DNA of 64,000 bases from Planctomycetota bacterium. GTDB lineage: Bacteria > Planctomycetota > Phycisphaerae > Sedimentisphaerales > Anaerobacaceae. The position numbers were made by a program, and so were the translations under genes. The notes beneath the pieces were generated by a model that was given only the letters and a program-made list of their open reading frames with translations, did no database searches and had not been told where the DNA came from. Below are positions 19,601-29,218 of this stretch, piece by piece. The stretch is taken from NCBI GenBank assembly GCA_014384025.1, contig JACNGQ010000180.1:1443-65442 (forward strand). Direction: 5' to 3'. Every line of letters starts with the position of its first letter. Within the stretch, counting starts at the first letter, position 1.

Positions 19601-19773
19601 CCAAGATGCAGCGGCGCGGTAACATTAGGCGGCGGGATTACAATTGTATAGGACTTCCGGTCTTTGTCGTCACTCGTCAGATTCGGATGAAAATACAAAT
19701 TAGAAGACCATAATTCACTCGCCTGCCGCTCTATTGTTTTCGGTTCGTAAACTTTCGAGAGTTGTTCGTCCAT
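16684..19773 (-). CDS. valS: Valine--tRNA ligase
   Basis: 1029 aa. HIGH region PPPNVTAPLHLGHALN, KMSKS motif KMSKSLGN, WPISRQLWWGHRIP, and a C-terminal coiled coil. Confidence 0.95.
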   Translation of the reverse strand: MDEQLSKVYEPKTIERQASELWSSNLYFHPNLTSDDKDRKSYTIVIPPPNVTAPLHLGHALNNTLQDVLIRFRRMQNYNTLWMPGTDHAGIATQTVVEKRILSEEGKRRTDFERQEFVGRVQAWKDEYEACIIGQLKAMGCSCDWQRTRFTMDEVCAKAVRAAFFKLFKDGLIYRGKRLVNWDPASQTVLADDEVEHELVQGHFWYLRYPLIEPVDAAGQRIEYVTVATTRPETMLGDTAVAMNPSDKRAEYLIGKKVRLPIVGRIIPIIADEHVVLPDADSDDEKARFSTGFLKVTPAHDPDDWEIGQRHGLQIINVMAPDGSISDKYGWEDAGEPEAQNLLDMDRFEAREAIVEWFRQEKLLEEVREYSHEVGHSYRSHVPIEPYLSDQWYIAVKEPIQHLKDKFGDGLIEGTNVPQNSLAGLALKPLLDGRLRFIPDRYAKTYQAWLENLRDWPISRQLWWGHRIPIWHKRVCLTEKNWTEELLKIVGWDHYVDDVKSGKDPGNDIIRIVRVSDRFEVNPNEDPLIPVVKETEGEYDIYVCFREEFNAKGKIDPYIKTLEKGGFERDDDVLDTWFSSALWPFSTMGWPEDTPELKTFYPGDVLCTAREIITLWVSRMVMMGQYCRGDIPFSDVYIHAMIQDGQGRKMSKSLGNGIDPLVAIDSHGADAMRFTLATMTTDTQDIRMPVESMTLPDGRQVNTSPKFDIGRNFCNKLWNASRFAMMNLEGLNPDEFDPDQMDITDHWILSRLAKTVSDVTESLNKFKYSEPLAGLYRFFWNDFCDWYLEWAKPRMLDEQKKPIAQNVLAYVLDQTLRLLHPFVPFITEGIFQKLNEIAPIRKLGNLTDAQETKALVVARWPEGLDSLTNEDAENQINLVQAAIRTIRDIKSKRNIPPGKMPVVSAKSQQQTVEILNANAELIRQLAGVKEFKAGIALVKPANAAISIMEDATEVYVHDAVDIQAERAKLEKQKQQIENAKKAVEAKLSNENFVNKAKPQVVAQARDRLAELSEQLKTVEKHLSELENSV

Positions 19774-19937
19774 AACATATCCGGTTTAGATAATCAGCTA
19801 TAAAAAATTCCGGCGCAACAAGTTGGCCGGAATATTATCCTAATAAAAGCAAACGAAAATGTAAAGCGAACAATTAAGCTCAAACCAGGCATTTTCGCAT
19901 GCTTTTACGACATATGATTATTTGCTTTTATTGGAGT

Positions 19938-21482
19938 CTAATCGAGGTTCATTGTCATCAGGAATTCTGCATTGGTCCTTGTCTTGACAAGTCTGCCCTT
20001 GAGCAGCTCAATTGCTTCGACAGGATTCAACTCGCTGAGAACCCTTCTGAGCCGATAGACAAGCTGCAGCTCTTTCGGGTCGAGCAGCAGTTCTTCCCGC
20101 CTGGTACCGCTTCGGCTGATGTCGATAGCCGGCCAAGTCCTTCTGTCAACAAGACGCCTGTCAAGGTGCAATTCCATATTTCCGGTCGCTTTGAACTCTT
20201 CGAAGATAACCTCGTCCATTTTCGAGCCTGTGTCGATTAAAGCAGTTGCGAAAATAGTCAGAGAGCCACCTTCTTCTATATTTCTTGCAGCGCCGAAAAA
20301 TTTCTTGGGCATCTGCATTGCTCCGGCATCCACACCACCGGTCAGGATTCTGCCGGAGTGAGGCATCTCTGTATTATAAGCACGAGCAAGGCGGGTTATC
20401 GAGTCCAGCAGTATTACGACATCTTCGCCGTATTCGACAAGCCGCTTTGCCTTTTCTATTACAACCTCTGCGACCTGACAGTGGCGTGAAGCCGGCTCAT
20501 CAAACGTAGAGCTTATGACCTCAACGTCCTCAGCGGTTTTCCGCTTCATTTCCGTAACTTCTTCAGGCCGTTCGTCAATCAGAAGGACTATCAATCTGAC
20601 TTCGGGGTGATTTGCACTCAACGCGTTTGCAATTTTCTGCAGGAGAATCGTCTTGCCGGTCCGCGGCGGAGCAACTATCAGACCACGCTGCCCTTTGCCC
20701 ACCGGTGTTACTAAATCAATTATCCGCATATTTAATTCTTCCCCCGAAGTCTCGAGTATGAAACGGTCTTCGGGATGTAACGGCGTCAAATCGCTAAATA
20801 CTATCTTTTCGGCAAGGTTGTCGGGGTCTTCAAAGTTAATCGCTTCAACGCGCAGAAGAGCAAAATACTTTTCCGAATCCTTTGGGGGCCTGATTTGGCC
20901 CGATACGAGGTTTCCCGTCCGCAGGCCGAAACGCCTGATTTGAGATGGAGAAACATAGATGTCATCCGACGATGACAGGTAATTGTAATCGGTATTTCGC
21001 AGAAATCCGTAACCGTCCGGCAGCACTTCAAGTACGCCTTCGCCGTACATTAGCCCGTTCTGGCGAATACGCTCCTTGAGAATTCTGAAAATTAAATCCT
21101 GCTTCTTAAGGGCACTATATTCCGTGATCTTATCGTTTTTAGCAATATCGTGCAGCTCTGCAACGGTAAGTTTCTGCAAATCCGTCAAATACAAGTTGCC
21201 TTTCTTAATCCGCTCGTATTTGTCATGGGTGGATTCTTCCTCAGCCTCAGCCTCAGCTTCTTCTTCGGCTTTCCGGGCTTCGTCCTCGGCATCGACAGGC
21301 GCAACTTCCTGGGCCTGGGCTGCATCCTGGTTATTCCCTTGCTGTTCGGCTCCGGCCTCGGACTCCACCTGGACGGCTGCCTGCTCTTGCTGCTCCGTAA
21401 CAGCTTGTTCTTCCATAAGAATATTTTTCTTTTTTGCGCTTTTGCGTTTTTTGCCTGTGCTCTTTACAGCCTTAGCCATCAT
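19938..21482 (-). CDS. rho: Transcription termination factor Rho with an extended acidic N-terminus
   Basis: 514 aa. Walker [16 protein letters not shown]-binding domain GYGFLR, C-terminal [20 protein letters not shown]. About 85 residues rich in Ala, Glu and Gln precede the Rho_N region. Confidence 0.95.
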   Translation of the reverse strand: MMAKAVKSTGKKRKSAKKKNILMEEQAVTEQQEQAAVQVESEAGAEQQGNNQDAAQAQEVAPVDAEDEARKAEEEAEAEAEEESTHDKYERIKKGNLYLTDLQKLTVAELHDIAKNDKITEYSALKKQDLIFRILKERIRQNGLMYGEGVLEVLPDGYGFLRNTDYNYLSSSDDIYVSPSQIRRFGLRTGNLVSGQIRPPKDSEKYFALLRVEAINFEDPDNLAEKIVFSDLTPLHPEDRFILETSGEELNMRIIDLVTPVGKGQRGLIVAPPRTGKTILLQKIANALSANHPEVRLIVLLIDERPEEVTEMKRKTAEDVEVISSTFDEPASRHCQVAEVVIEKAKRLVEYGEDVVILLDSITRLARAYNTEMPHSGRILTGGVDAGAMQMPKKFFGAARNIEEGGSLTIFATALIDTGSKMDEVIFEEFKATGNMELHLDRRLVDRRTWPAIDISRSGTRREELLLDPKELQLVYRLRRVLSELNPVEAIELLKGRLVKTRTNAEFLMTMNLD

Positions 21483-21744
21483 TACTCCTTTTGTAATTAT
21501 AAAACTTTAATCGTGCCCCACAAAGCTCATATCCGTAGAATCGGATAGCAGGGACACGATTCTAAAGTCCCGATTTCCCCGGGCTTCCCGCCTGCACTCG
21601 CATAACCGGCATTCTCGCTTTCGCAAAAAATCTCGAGGATGCGAATGTAGGAATTAAATAAGATTTGAATTTTGAACAGTTGAAATAAAACCTATATATT
21701 AAAAATGGGCAACACTAAAATAATTGTTTTACAGTAAAACCCAC

Positions 21745-22395
21745 TTACCCATTATCCACAATGTAAGAGAAAATTCCAGTGACCTGTTTGGCTATTGCCG
21801 AGAAGTCAGAATTGTTTTCTATGATATTATCGGCAAGGCTTGCCTTGTTGTCCAGAGAAATCTGAAAATTTTCTCTAATTTTGATCTGTTTTTTGTCAAA
21901 ACCCAATTTTTTTGCTCTTTCCCGCCTTAATTTTTGTTCACAATCGACAAAAATTAGCTTGTCGCACTTCTTGTGCCAACCAACTTCCACCAACAACGGC
22001 ATATCCAGAATGATTGCTTTGACTTGATTTTGGCTCATGGATTGCTCAATAAGCTCCTGAGTTCGCTGCAGGACAAGAGGATGAATTATCCTGTTAAGTG
22101 ATGCGAGCATATGATCATCAGCAAAGACCACCTTAGCTACTTTCCGACGGTCAATTTTCCCCGAAGAATCCAAAATAGCCTGTCCCAAAAGGCTCACCAC
22201 TTTTTCTCTGACAGGAGGCTCTTCAAGCAACTCATGAGCAATTCTGTCGGCGTCAATAACCTTACAGCCTAATTTGGCAAACTCAGCAGCAATTGTACTC
22301 TTGCCTGAGCCGATACCACCTAAAATGCCAATAACCGGTTTTTCCGCAATCTTACCCACAAGAGACAGTTTAACCGCCCTGTTTTGAGCAGTCAA
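21745..22395 (-). CDS. coaE: Dephospho-CoA kinase
   Basis: P-loop IGILGGIGSGKST followed by DADRIAHELL, in the typical CoaE layout. Confidence 0.85.
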   Translation of the reverse strand: MTAQNRAVKLSLVGKIAEKPVIGILGGIGSGKSTIAAEFAKLGCKVIDADRIAHELLEEPPVREKVVSLLGQAILDSSGKIDRRKVAKVVFADDHMLASLNRIIHPLVLQRTQELIEQSMSQNQVKAIILDMPLLVEVGWHKKCDKLIFVDCEQKLRRERAKKLGFDKKQIKIRENFQISLDNKASLADNIIENNSDFSAIAKQVTGIFSYIVDNG

Positions 22396-22443
22396 GTAGA
22401 AAGACTCAAAGTAAGAAAAGTAAAACAGAAAGTGAGAAACGAA

Positions 22444-24240
22444 TTATGATATGTGCAATTTGTCAGGTACTTTAATTTCTTCAGTCGCTTTACAGACTGA
22501 CTGCAGGCCGATCAGCAGATATTTTTTTACTACTGTGTCCCAATCCATATTCTTCGCAAGCTCGTAGCCTGCTTTAAGCATACTTTCAATCTCGGCCTCG
22601 TTCTTGGGCAGACGTGAGCATATTTGCATCGCAACTCTTTCGCTTTCGGCGGCTTCTGTCCGGTCTCGCACAGATCGCTCAATCTGCAGTATGTCCTCGA
22701 TTTCGGCATACTCGCGGGCAGCCAGTTTCGTATAGTCCGCAATGATAGCATTCTTAACGTCTGCTCCTCCTGTTGTGTCCCGCAGGAATCCCAAACACCC
22801 ACAAACATTAGTAAATACGCATATTCCACCGAAAGTCAGGGGTTCGAGCTGAGCTATGCCAAACGGCTCATAAATGCTCTGGCCAAATTCGACATCGCTG
22901 CCTTTGCGGATATCCATAAACTCCATATTCGCCGGCATCTTTTTGCCGCATCTTTTCGGCGCAAAACCGAACTGATTGATGAAAATAATTTTTATATTGC
23001 TGCTTCTGGTGTTGAATTCCTGTACAGCAGTATAGTACTCAGCCTCACCGCCTGACAGGTCCGGCCAGCCCTCACGGTGAGCCACAGGCCAATTATATGT
23101 CGATTCCATATTGTAGATATCACTGCTGCTGCGCCGTGATACTTCGGTCGAAAGTACAAGTAATACCGCTGTTTTTCCCTGCGTTTTGAATTCTTTTTCC
23201 ACATGTTCCAGTACACGCAAGTCACGCCACATTCCCTTGCTTTTGACCAATCTTGTAACATGTGTGAAGATAAAATCCGGCTTATAGCCTAAGAGATTCT
23301 CACAATACCGCTGGAGTTTCTCCTTCGAAGCAAGCTTTTCCTGAACACTGATTTGATATGATGGGATACCATTATAAACTATATTTATCCTGGCGTTTTC
23401 AAATTCCGGCGCAAGGAACCGCAATTCGTCCACCACATAATCGCCCACCGCGTATATATGGTCGCAGTGTTTCGATGCTTCGACAAGAGCATGTTTGAAA
23501 TAAGTACTCTGGTCGCCAAACACATCGTTGACGAAAATCCCATTATTATGAGCCTGTTTCATAGCATTATAGAACATTGTATCGTGTCCATGATGCTCCT
23601 CTACAATGCGTCGCATTGTGGCCACTTCATGAGCATAAAAAACCGTCTTGAAATTACAGGAAGATTCGAGAATAGCCGCCAATGCCGTGGGCATTCCCAT
23701 AAACTCATGTGAAAAAACAACCGTCGAATCCTTAGCGGCACTTATCGCCTTTAGCACATCAATTGCCACAGGCGCCAACCTGACATATTGTTCATATTCC
23801 CACAGATGCTCATGTAAATGGCTTTGAATTCCGAACTGGTCGAACAGGCGTCTTTTGAATTCATTAATGGCACTTTTATCTATAAACCTTACATCTACCA
23901 GCACTACCTCAGGTGAGCTTTTTATTCCTGTCTCTTCATCAACAAATAATCTCCTTCCATAAACAATACCTACATTATAATATTGTTCGATCTCACGAAA
24001 GGCCGGAGCGTATTCTGTATTGAAATATCCATCAATAGATGAATACAGCACTTTTCCATCATCACCGAGCCGCTCTGATAGTGAGCTTTCAGTGGTGAAT
24101 AATGGGCCGATAAGGATTGATCTGTCAATGGATTCAAGATAAGATTTGCTTGTGAAGAAGCCCTGCAGAACAGCGCCTATACCACCAACTTTCCCTATTG
24201 TCTCATGGGTAACGTGTACTGCTGTCGTCTCATTGGCCAT
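22444..24240 (-). CDS. GT-B fold glycosyltransferase, glycogen/starch-synthase-like
   Basis: 598 aa. N-terminal HETIGKVGGIGAVL resembles the glycogen synthase KVGGI motif. C-terminal SIYEPFGIAQLEPL is the retaining-GT E-x7-E region. The specific substrate is not supported. Confidence 0.6.
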   Translation of the reverse strand: MANETTAVHVTHETIGKVGGIGAVLQGFFTSKSYLESIDRSILIGPLFTTESSLSERLGDDGKVLYSSIDGYFNTEYAPAFREIEQYYNVGIVYGRRLFVDEETGIKSSPEVVLVDVRFIDKSAINEFKRRLFDQFGIQSHLHEHLWEYEQYVRLAPVAIDVLKAISAAKDSTVVFSHEFMGMPTALAAILESSCNFKTVFYAHEVATMRRIVEEHHGHDTMFYNAMKQAHNNGIFVNDVFGDQSTYFKHALVEASKHCDHIYAVGDYVVDELRFLAPEFENARINIVYNGIPSYQISVQEKLASKEKLQRYCENLLGYKPDFIFTHVTRLVKSKGMWRDLRVLEHVEKEFKTQGKTAVLLVLSTEVSRRSSSDIYNMESTYNWPVAHREGWPDLSGGEAEYYTAVQEFNTRSSNIKIIFINQFGFAPKRCGKKMPANMEFMDIRKGSDVEFGQSIYEPFGIAQLEPLTFGGICVFTNVCGCLGFLRDTTGGADVKNAIIADYTKLAAREYAEIEDILQIERSVRDRTEAAESERVAMQICSRLPKNEAEIESMLKAGYELAKNMDWDTVVKKYLLIGLQSVCKATEEIKVPDKLHIS

Positions 24241-24451
24241 AATAAGTTTCCTTCCAAGTTGTTATGGGGTTCACTCAGGTCGTTACTACCGTTTCTAAAT
24301 AAAATATAGGAAACAAATTCAGTATGACCAAACCGGGAGGAAATCTAAGGCTGGGTATTTTTTTGCAGACCGAAAAAAACGGTTTAGATTTGCAAATTGA
24401 AGGTATTTTTTGGGACCATTTTGGCCGGCTTCGAAAATTTTCTCTAAAAAA

Positions 24452-24973
24452 TCAGCTTATTTCATCTCTCAGAGACTTGATCAAGCCTGAAAGCACAAGC
24501 TGTGAAACACCAGCCAATTCCGGCTCATGCATATCGCTAACGGTCATTTTGTCGAGAATTTTCACAGCACGTGCACCATAGGGCGTTATAAGGGCCGCTA
24601 TTTTCTGGGCTTCATACAATTCACTATCAGCCATCAAGTGAAGATATTTAATGATATATTGCTTCAGCTCTACCTGGCTCACCTCAAATCCAGGTCCGGT
24701 CGTCTCATCGGGCTCATCCAGTTCAGTGGCTCCTTGGGGGATATCTCTTTCCTTTAATATGTCAAGTGTAAGCCGATTTGTTTCGTCCAATAGCCGTTTT
24801 TCTCTTTCTAGATCGGTCTCATCTACTGGGGCAAGTTTAAGCTCCTCGTCGGGTTCAGAAGCAGGAACGTATAGCTTATTATGGCACGCCGGGCATTTGC
24901 CCCATTTGCCGCCGGCACTATCAGCGGCTTCTATCTTTTTCCCACAATAATCACAGTGAAATATTATCGCCAT
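24452..24973 (-). CDS. Hypothetical protein with N-terminal zinc ribbon
   Basis: 173-aa ORF. CDYCGKKIEA...GKCPACHNKLYVP gives a CxxC...CxxC pattern, followed by an acidic helical region. No recognised family. Confidence 0.5.
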   Translation of the reverse strand: MAIIFHCDYCGKKIEAADSAGGKWGKCPACHNKLYVPASEPDEELKLAPVDETDLEREKRLLDETNRLTLDILKERDIPQGATELDEPDETTGPGFEVSQVELKQYIIKYLHLMADSELYEAQKIAALITPYGARAVKILDKMTVSDMHEPELAGVSQLVLSGLIKSLRDEIS

Positions 24974-25060
24974 TTTAGCACCTCTTATTTGCTTAGCTGA
25001 CTGCTGTCCCCTTGCTATTTGTCTTAATCAGTTTTGAAGAAATCAGCAAGATTAAGCTGC

Positions 25061-25414
25061 TTATTTCCTCGATTTATATTCTGCAACCACTTCGGTAGTT
25101 ATTCCCCCGCGAGGTGTAAATCGAGAGGTGACCTTCATCCATCGCGGCTTACATATATCCTTCAAATCGTCTAATATATCATTAGTCAGAGACTCGTAAA
25201 AAATACCTTTATTGCGGTAGCTTTGCATATAGAATTTAACGCTCTTCAGCTCGATGCAGGACTTATCGGGACAATATTCGATAACAATCTCACCGAAATC
25301 CGGCTGGCCTGTTTTTGGGCAGAGGCTGGTAAATTCCGGGCATCTGATTGTTATACAATAGTCCCGCTCAGAGCGGGGATTATCGAATATTTCTATTTCT
25401 ACCAGTTCGCTCAT
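25061..25414 (-). CDS. queF: NADPH-dependent 7-cyano-7-deazaguanine (preQ0) reductase
   Basis: 117 aa, type I QueF. TSLCPKTGQPDFGEIVIEY and IELKSVKFYMQSYRN motifs. Confidence 0.9.
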   Translation of the reverse strand: MSELVEIEIFDNPRSERDYCITIRCPEFTSLCPKTGQPDFGEIVIEYCPDKSCIELKSVKFYMQSYRNKGIFYESLTNDILDDLKDICKPRWMKVTSRFTPRGGITTEVVAEYKSRK

Positions 25415-25549
25415 TACTTGGCCCCTCTTACAAATCCAATCATCGGTAATATAATCAAACGGGCTGCTTATGACAAGTAATAATTTATGTTAGAGAGAAA
25501 AAAAGGTTCACATCACAGCACTTATAAAAATCACTTAATTTTTTGCTTT

Positions 25550-25578
25550 TTGACAGCATCAAGCCAAAGAGGTAAAAT
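25550..25578 (+). promoter_or_regulatory. Candidate sigma-70 promoter for queC-queE
   Basis: TTGACA at 25550-25555, a 17-nt spacer, then TAAAAT at 25573-25578, about 75 nt upstream of the queC ATG. Confidence 0.5.
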
Positions 25579-25652
25579 TTTATCGATCATGCGCTTTCTT
25601 GAACTCAATCTTTATTGCGAAAGCTTCCGGTATGTGAAAAAAAGGATTTCGA

Positions 25653-26393
25653 ATGAAATTCAAGATTACAAACACTGATACAAAAGCGGTAATATTGCTA
25701 AGCGGCGGTCTTGATTCAGCGACAACTTTGGCTATAGCCCGCGATGAAGGTTTCGAGTGCTATGCCCTGACCTTTCGGTATGGCCAGCGACATAAGCGGG
25801 AAACCGAGGCAGCGAAAAAAATCGCCGGCTCAACGGCAACCGCTGAGCACCGGATAATCAACATTGATTTAGCTCAATTCGGCGACTCAGCCCTGACTGA
25901 TTTAACGATTGAAGTACCAAAAGACAGGGCCGATTTAGGTAAACATGACCAAATTCCGCTGACTTATGTGCCTGCCCGAAATACGATATTCTTAAGTTAT
26001 GCACTTGCCTGGGCGGAGGTATTAGGTGCGTTTGATATCTTTATCGGGGTAAATGTAACTGATTACAGCGGCTATCCCGATTGTCGGGGTAAATTTATAG
26101 CAGCCTTTGAAAAAACCGCCAATCTTGCCACAGCAGCGGCAATCGAGAATAGAGGCCAATACCATATTCATACCCCGATTATAAATATGACAAAGGCCGA
26201 AATCATCCGTACCGGTATAAAACTCGGCGTCGATTTTGCTATGACGCATAGTTGCTACGATCCCGACCAACAAGGCAGAAGCTGCGGCAGATGTGACTCG
26301 TGCAGATTAAGATTAAAAGGTTTTGCCGAAGCTGGCCTTAACGACCCAGTCGAATATCAAATCCCGATTGACGACATCGGGACACGAAAGTAA
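25653..26393 (+). CDS. queC: 7-cyano-7-deazaguanine synthase
   Basis: PP-loop [13 protein letters not shown] and the C-terminal zinc motif [10 protein letters not shown]. Confidence 0.9.
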   Translation: MKFKITNTDTKAVILLSGGLDSATTLAIARDEGFECYALTFRYGQRHKRETEAAKKIAGSTATAEHRIINIDLAQFGDSALTDLTIEVPKDRADLGKHDQIPLTYVPARNTIFLSYALAWAEVLGAFDIFIGVNVTDYSGYPDCRGKFIAAFEKTANLATAAAIENRGQYHIHTPIINMTKAEIIRTGIKLGVDFAMTHSCYDPDQQGRSCGRCDSCRLRLKGFAEAGLNDPVEYQIPIDDIGTRK

Positions 26394-27073
26394 TGATAAT
26401 AAACGAGATATTTTACTCTTTGCAGGGCGAAGGTTTTTTAGCCGGCGTCCCCAGTGTGTTCGTGCGTCTTGCCGGCTGTCCTTTACAATGCAAGTGGTGT
26501 GATACAAAATACGCCTGGGACCAAAGAGCTGGAGAAGATCACACCGTTGCTGATATAGTCGAGACTGCTCAACAATGGCACTGTAAGTTTATTGTAATAA
26601 CCGGCGGCGAGCCAATGATAAATCCAGACCTGCCGGAATTAGTGAATGAATTAAAAACCGCCGGTAAACACATAACAATCGAAACGGCAGGAATAGCATA
26701 TATCCCGGAGTTGCCCTGTGATTTGATGAGTATCAGCCCAAAATTGAGTAACTCTGTTCCGGATGATGCAAAAGCATCTGCTGCTCATAAGGATTCAAGG
26801 CTGGATATTGCCGTTCTGCAAGAGTTGATTGATAATTACGAATATCAACTTAAGTTTGTCGTAGATTCACAAGATGATTTGCCTGAAATCCGGCAAACTA
26901 TCGAGAAAATTGGCAGCGTTAACCTGGAAAAGGTCATGCTGATGCCTCAAGCGGCAACAAGAGATGAACTTTTTGCCAAATCACCAATGGTAGCTGAAAT
27001 GTGCAGGCAAGCCGGCTTTGCATTTTCCCAGCGTCTGCAGGTTCTGCTCTGGAATAACCAAAAAGGCAAATAA
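26393..27073 (+). CDS. queE: 7-carboxy-7-deazaguanine synthase (radical SAM)
   Basis: EIFYSLQGEG, the radical-SAM cluster motif GCPLQCKWCDT, and VITGGEP. Start overlaps the queC stop. Confidence 0.85.
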   Translation: MIINEIFYSLQGEGFLAGVPSVFVRLAGCPLQCKWCDTKYAWDQRAGEDHTVADIVETAQQWHCKFIVITGGEPMINPDLPELVNELKTAGKHITIETAGIAYIPELPCDLMSISPKLSNSVPDDAKASAAHKDSRLDIAVLQELIDNYEYQLKFVVDSQDDLPEIRQTIEKIGSVNLEKVMLMPQAATRDELFAKSPMVAEMCRQAGFAFSQRLQVLLWNNQKGK

Positions 27074-27179
27074 CCGGATCCTGCCAAATCCTGTATTTGA
27101 AGCGTTTTATCTAAATGTTTGACATATCCTGCCGAGCTTCATATCATATACACTTAATTCAGATGAACTCGATGACGAG

Positions 27180-27204
27180 GACGAGGCTATGCCTCGTCTT
27201 TGTT
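27180..27204 (+). terminator. Candidate intrinsic terminator after queE
   Basis: GACGAGGC (27180-27187), loop TAT, GCCTCGTC (27191-27198), followed by TTTGTTGCTATT. Confidence 0.4.
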
Positions 27205-27230
27205 GCTATTGATTGAAAGGTTGTTTTTTT

Positions 27231-28805
27231 ATGGCAAAACAAAAAGTAACTTTGAAAAATAAGCCGTTCGTACTAATCATCCGTGACGGATGGGGTTACA
27301 ATCCAAACCCGGATGAAGATGAATATAATGCAATCAAATGCGCTAATACACCTGTAGATGATATGCTGATGGCGGAGTATCCAAACTGTCTTATCCATAC
27401 AAGCGGCGAGGATGTGGGGCTGCCAAGCGGCACGATGGGCAATAGTGAGGTAGGACATCAAAATATCGGCGCCGGCAGAATCGTACCACAGGAATCCGTA
27501 AGAATAAGTCAAACTATTCGCGACGGTTCTTTTTTCGAGAATGAAGAATTCCACAATTTAATAAAATTCGTAAAAAACAATAAGAGCAAAATGCACATTA
27601 TGGGGCTGTGCAGTGATATTGGAGTGCATTCACTGCTGGACCATCTGTACGGCCTGCTTGAGCTGGCTAAAAGAAACAACGTAAAGGATGTTTTTATTCA
27701 TGCCTTTACCGATGGGCGCGATTCACCGCCAGACAGCGGCGCAGGATATATAGACGATATTGGAAAAAAGGCACGGGAAATTGGCGTAGGCAAAATCGCA
27801 ACCGTAATGGGCAGATTCTACGCGATGGACCGCGACAGCCGATGGGACCGTGTACAACAAGCTTACGAATGTATGAGGATAGGCAAGGGGAACAAAGCCG
27901 CCAACGCTGCAGAGGCAGTTGCACAAAGTTATGAAAAAGAAGTAACCGATGAGTTTATAGAGCCGACGTGTATTGTCAATGAAGACAATGAACCGATAGC
28001 CACCATCGATGATGGTGACGGCGTGATATTCTTCAACTTCCGCGGCGACAGGCCCCGCGAAATTACACGTGCGTTCGTTGACCCGAACTTCAAAGAATTT
28101 GCCAGAACAATCAGGTCGGACTTATATTTCGTCTGTACGACCGAATACGACGCCACGATACCTGCGAAGGTGGCATTTCCAAAACTGCCGAAGATGAAAA
28201 ACATATTAGGGGCATACTGGGGTTCTCTTGGTCTGAAACAGTTTCGCTGTGCAGAGACGGAAAAATACGCTCATGTTACTTTCTTTTTCAATGACTATAC
28301 CGAAAAACCGTTTCCCGGGGAAGACAGGCAAATTGTCCCTTCGCCGCGAATTCGAACCTACGACCTAAAACCTGAAATGAGTGCCTACGAAGTTACCGAG
28401 GTTGTAATGGAAAGACTTGATTCCGACAAATACGATGTGATGGTTATCAATTTTGCCAATCCGGATATGGTAGGCCACACAGGCATATTGTCAGCAGCGA
28501 TTAAAGCGGCCGAGGCTGTGGATGGATGCGTTGGCAGGATATTGGATAAGGTCAAGGCTCTTGGCGGGTCGGCAATAATCACCGCCGACCACGGCAATTT
28601 CGAAAAAATGATAGACGGCAGCCCGGACAAACCGCATACCGCTCATACCATTGGCGACGTACCGCTGGTTATATTCGACGAACGCTATAAAAACAACAAG
28701 CTCCGCGAAGGCGGCAAATTAGCCGACATAGGCCCTACAATGCTGGAGATGATGCAACTGCCGCAACCTGAGGAAATGACAGGTAAAAGCTTACTTGAAA
28801 GGTAG
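27231..28805 (+). CDS. gpmI: 2,3-bisphosphoglycerate-independent phosphoglycerate mutase
   Basis: Start at MAKQK (27231). GNSEVGHQNIGAGR catalytic Ser motif, HAFTDGRD, TADHGN. Confidence 0.92.
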   Translation: MAKQKVTLKNKPFVLIIRDGWGYNPNPDEDEYNAIKCANTPVDDMLMAEYPNCLIHTSGEDVGLPSGTMGNSEVGHQNIGAGRIVPQESVRISQTIRDGSFFENEEFHNLIKFVKNNKSKMHIMGLCSDIGVHSLLDHLYGLLELAKRNNVKDVFIHAFTDGRDSPPDSGAGYIDDIGKKAREIGVGKIATVMGRFYAMDRDSRWDRVQQAYECMRIGKGNKAANAAEAVAQSYEKEVTDEFIEPTCIVNEDNEPIATIDDGDGVIFFNFRGDRPREITRAFVDPNFKEFARTIRSDLYFVCTTEYDATIPAKVAFPKLPKMKNILGAYWGSLGLKQFRCAETEKYAHVTFFFNDYTEKPFPGEDRQIVPSPRIRTYDLKPEMSAYEVTEVVMERLDSDKYDVMVINFANPDMVGHTGILSAAIKAAEAVDGCVGRILDKVKALGGSAIITADHGNFEKMIDGSPDKPHTAHTIGDVPLVIFDERYKNNKLREGGKLADIGPTMLEMMQLPQPEEMTGKSLLER

Positions 28806-28848
28806 CAGCCAAAGCGATCGGAAAGTTGATGAGGAAAGGGGATATATC

Positions 28849-29181
28849 ATGCCAGAATTATTTCCAGAGATGATAAGGGCACTACCTGAGGCAGATATTC
28901 CAATTGACGGATTAAAGGGATATATTTTACAATCAGACAACCACCAAATCCTATTCATGAAGTGTGATGAGGATGCTGAAGTTCCAGAACACTCCCACGA
29001 AAGCCACTGGAGCGTAGTTATGGAAGGCAAGATAAATCTAACAATAGATGGAGTCAAACAAAGTTATACCAAAGGCGACTGCTTTTTTATCCCCAAGGGT
29101 GCAAAACATTCAGCGAAGATTTATGCGGGTTACACTGACATTACATTTTTTAATGAAAAGGACCGTTACAAACTAAAATAG
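28849..29181 (+). CDS. Cupin-domain protein
   Basis: Start at MPELFPE (28849), after GAGGAAAGGGG. HSHESHWSVVMEGK...GDCFFIPKGAKH matches the two cupin motifs. Confidence 0.6.
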   Translation: MPELFPEMIRALPEADIPIDGLKGYILQSDNHQILFMKCDEDAEVPEHSHESHWSVVMEGKINLTIDGVKQSYTKGDCFFIPKGAKHSAKIYAGYTDITFFNEKDRYKLK

Positions 29182-29218
29182 AATTTATAAGTGCTGGCTA
29201 AACTAACGGTGAAAAACT

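Noticed and set aside
18568-19713. A 381-aa plus-strand ORF inside valS.
   Set aside because: It is antisense to a gene with clear HIGH/KMSKS motifs. Its translation is low-complexity and Arg/Cys/Phe-rich, with no recognisable domain. This is a typical stop-poor antisense frame.
25579-25652. A preQ1 riboswitch in the queC leader.
   Set aside because: The leader has a 6-bp hairpin (GCTTTC/GAAAGC) with a 20-nt loop and an A-rich tail before AGGA. I could not fit the compact preQ1-I stem-loop and pseudoknot consensus or the other classes by eye. An Infernal scan is needed.
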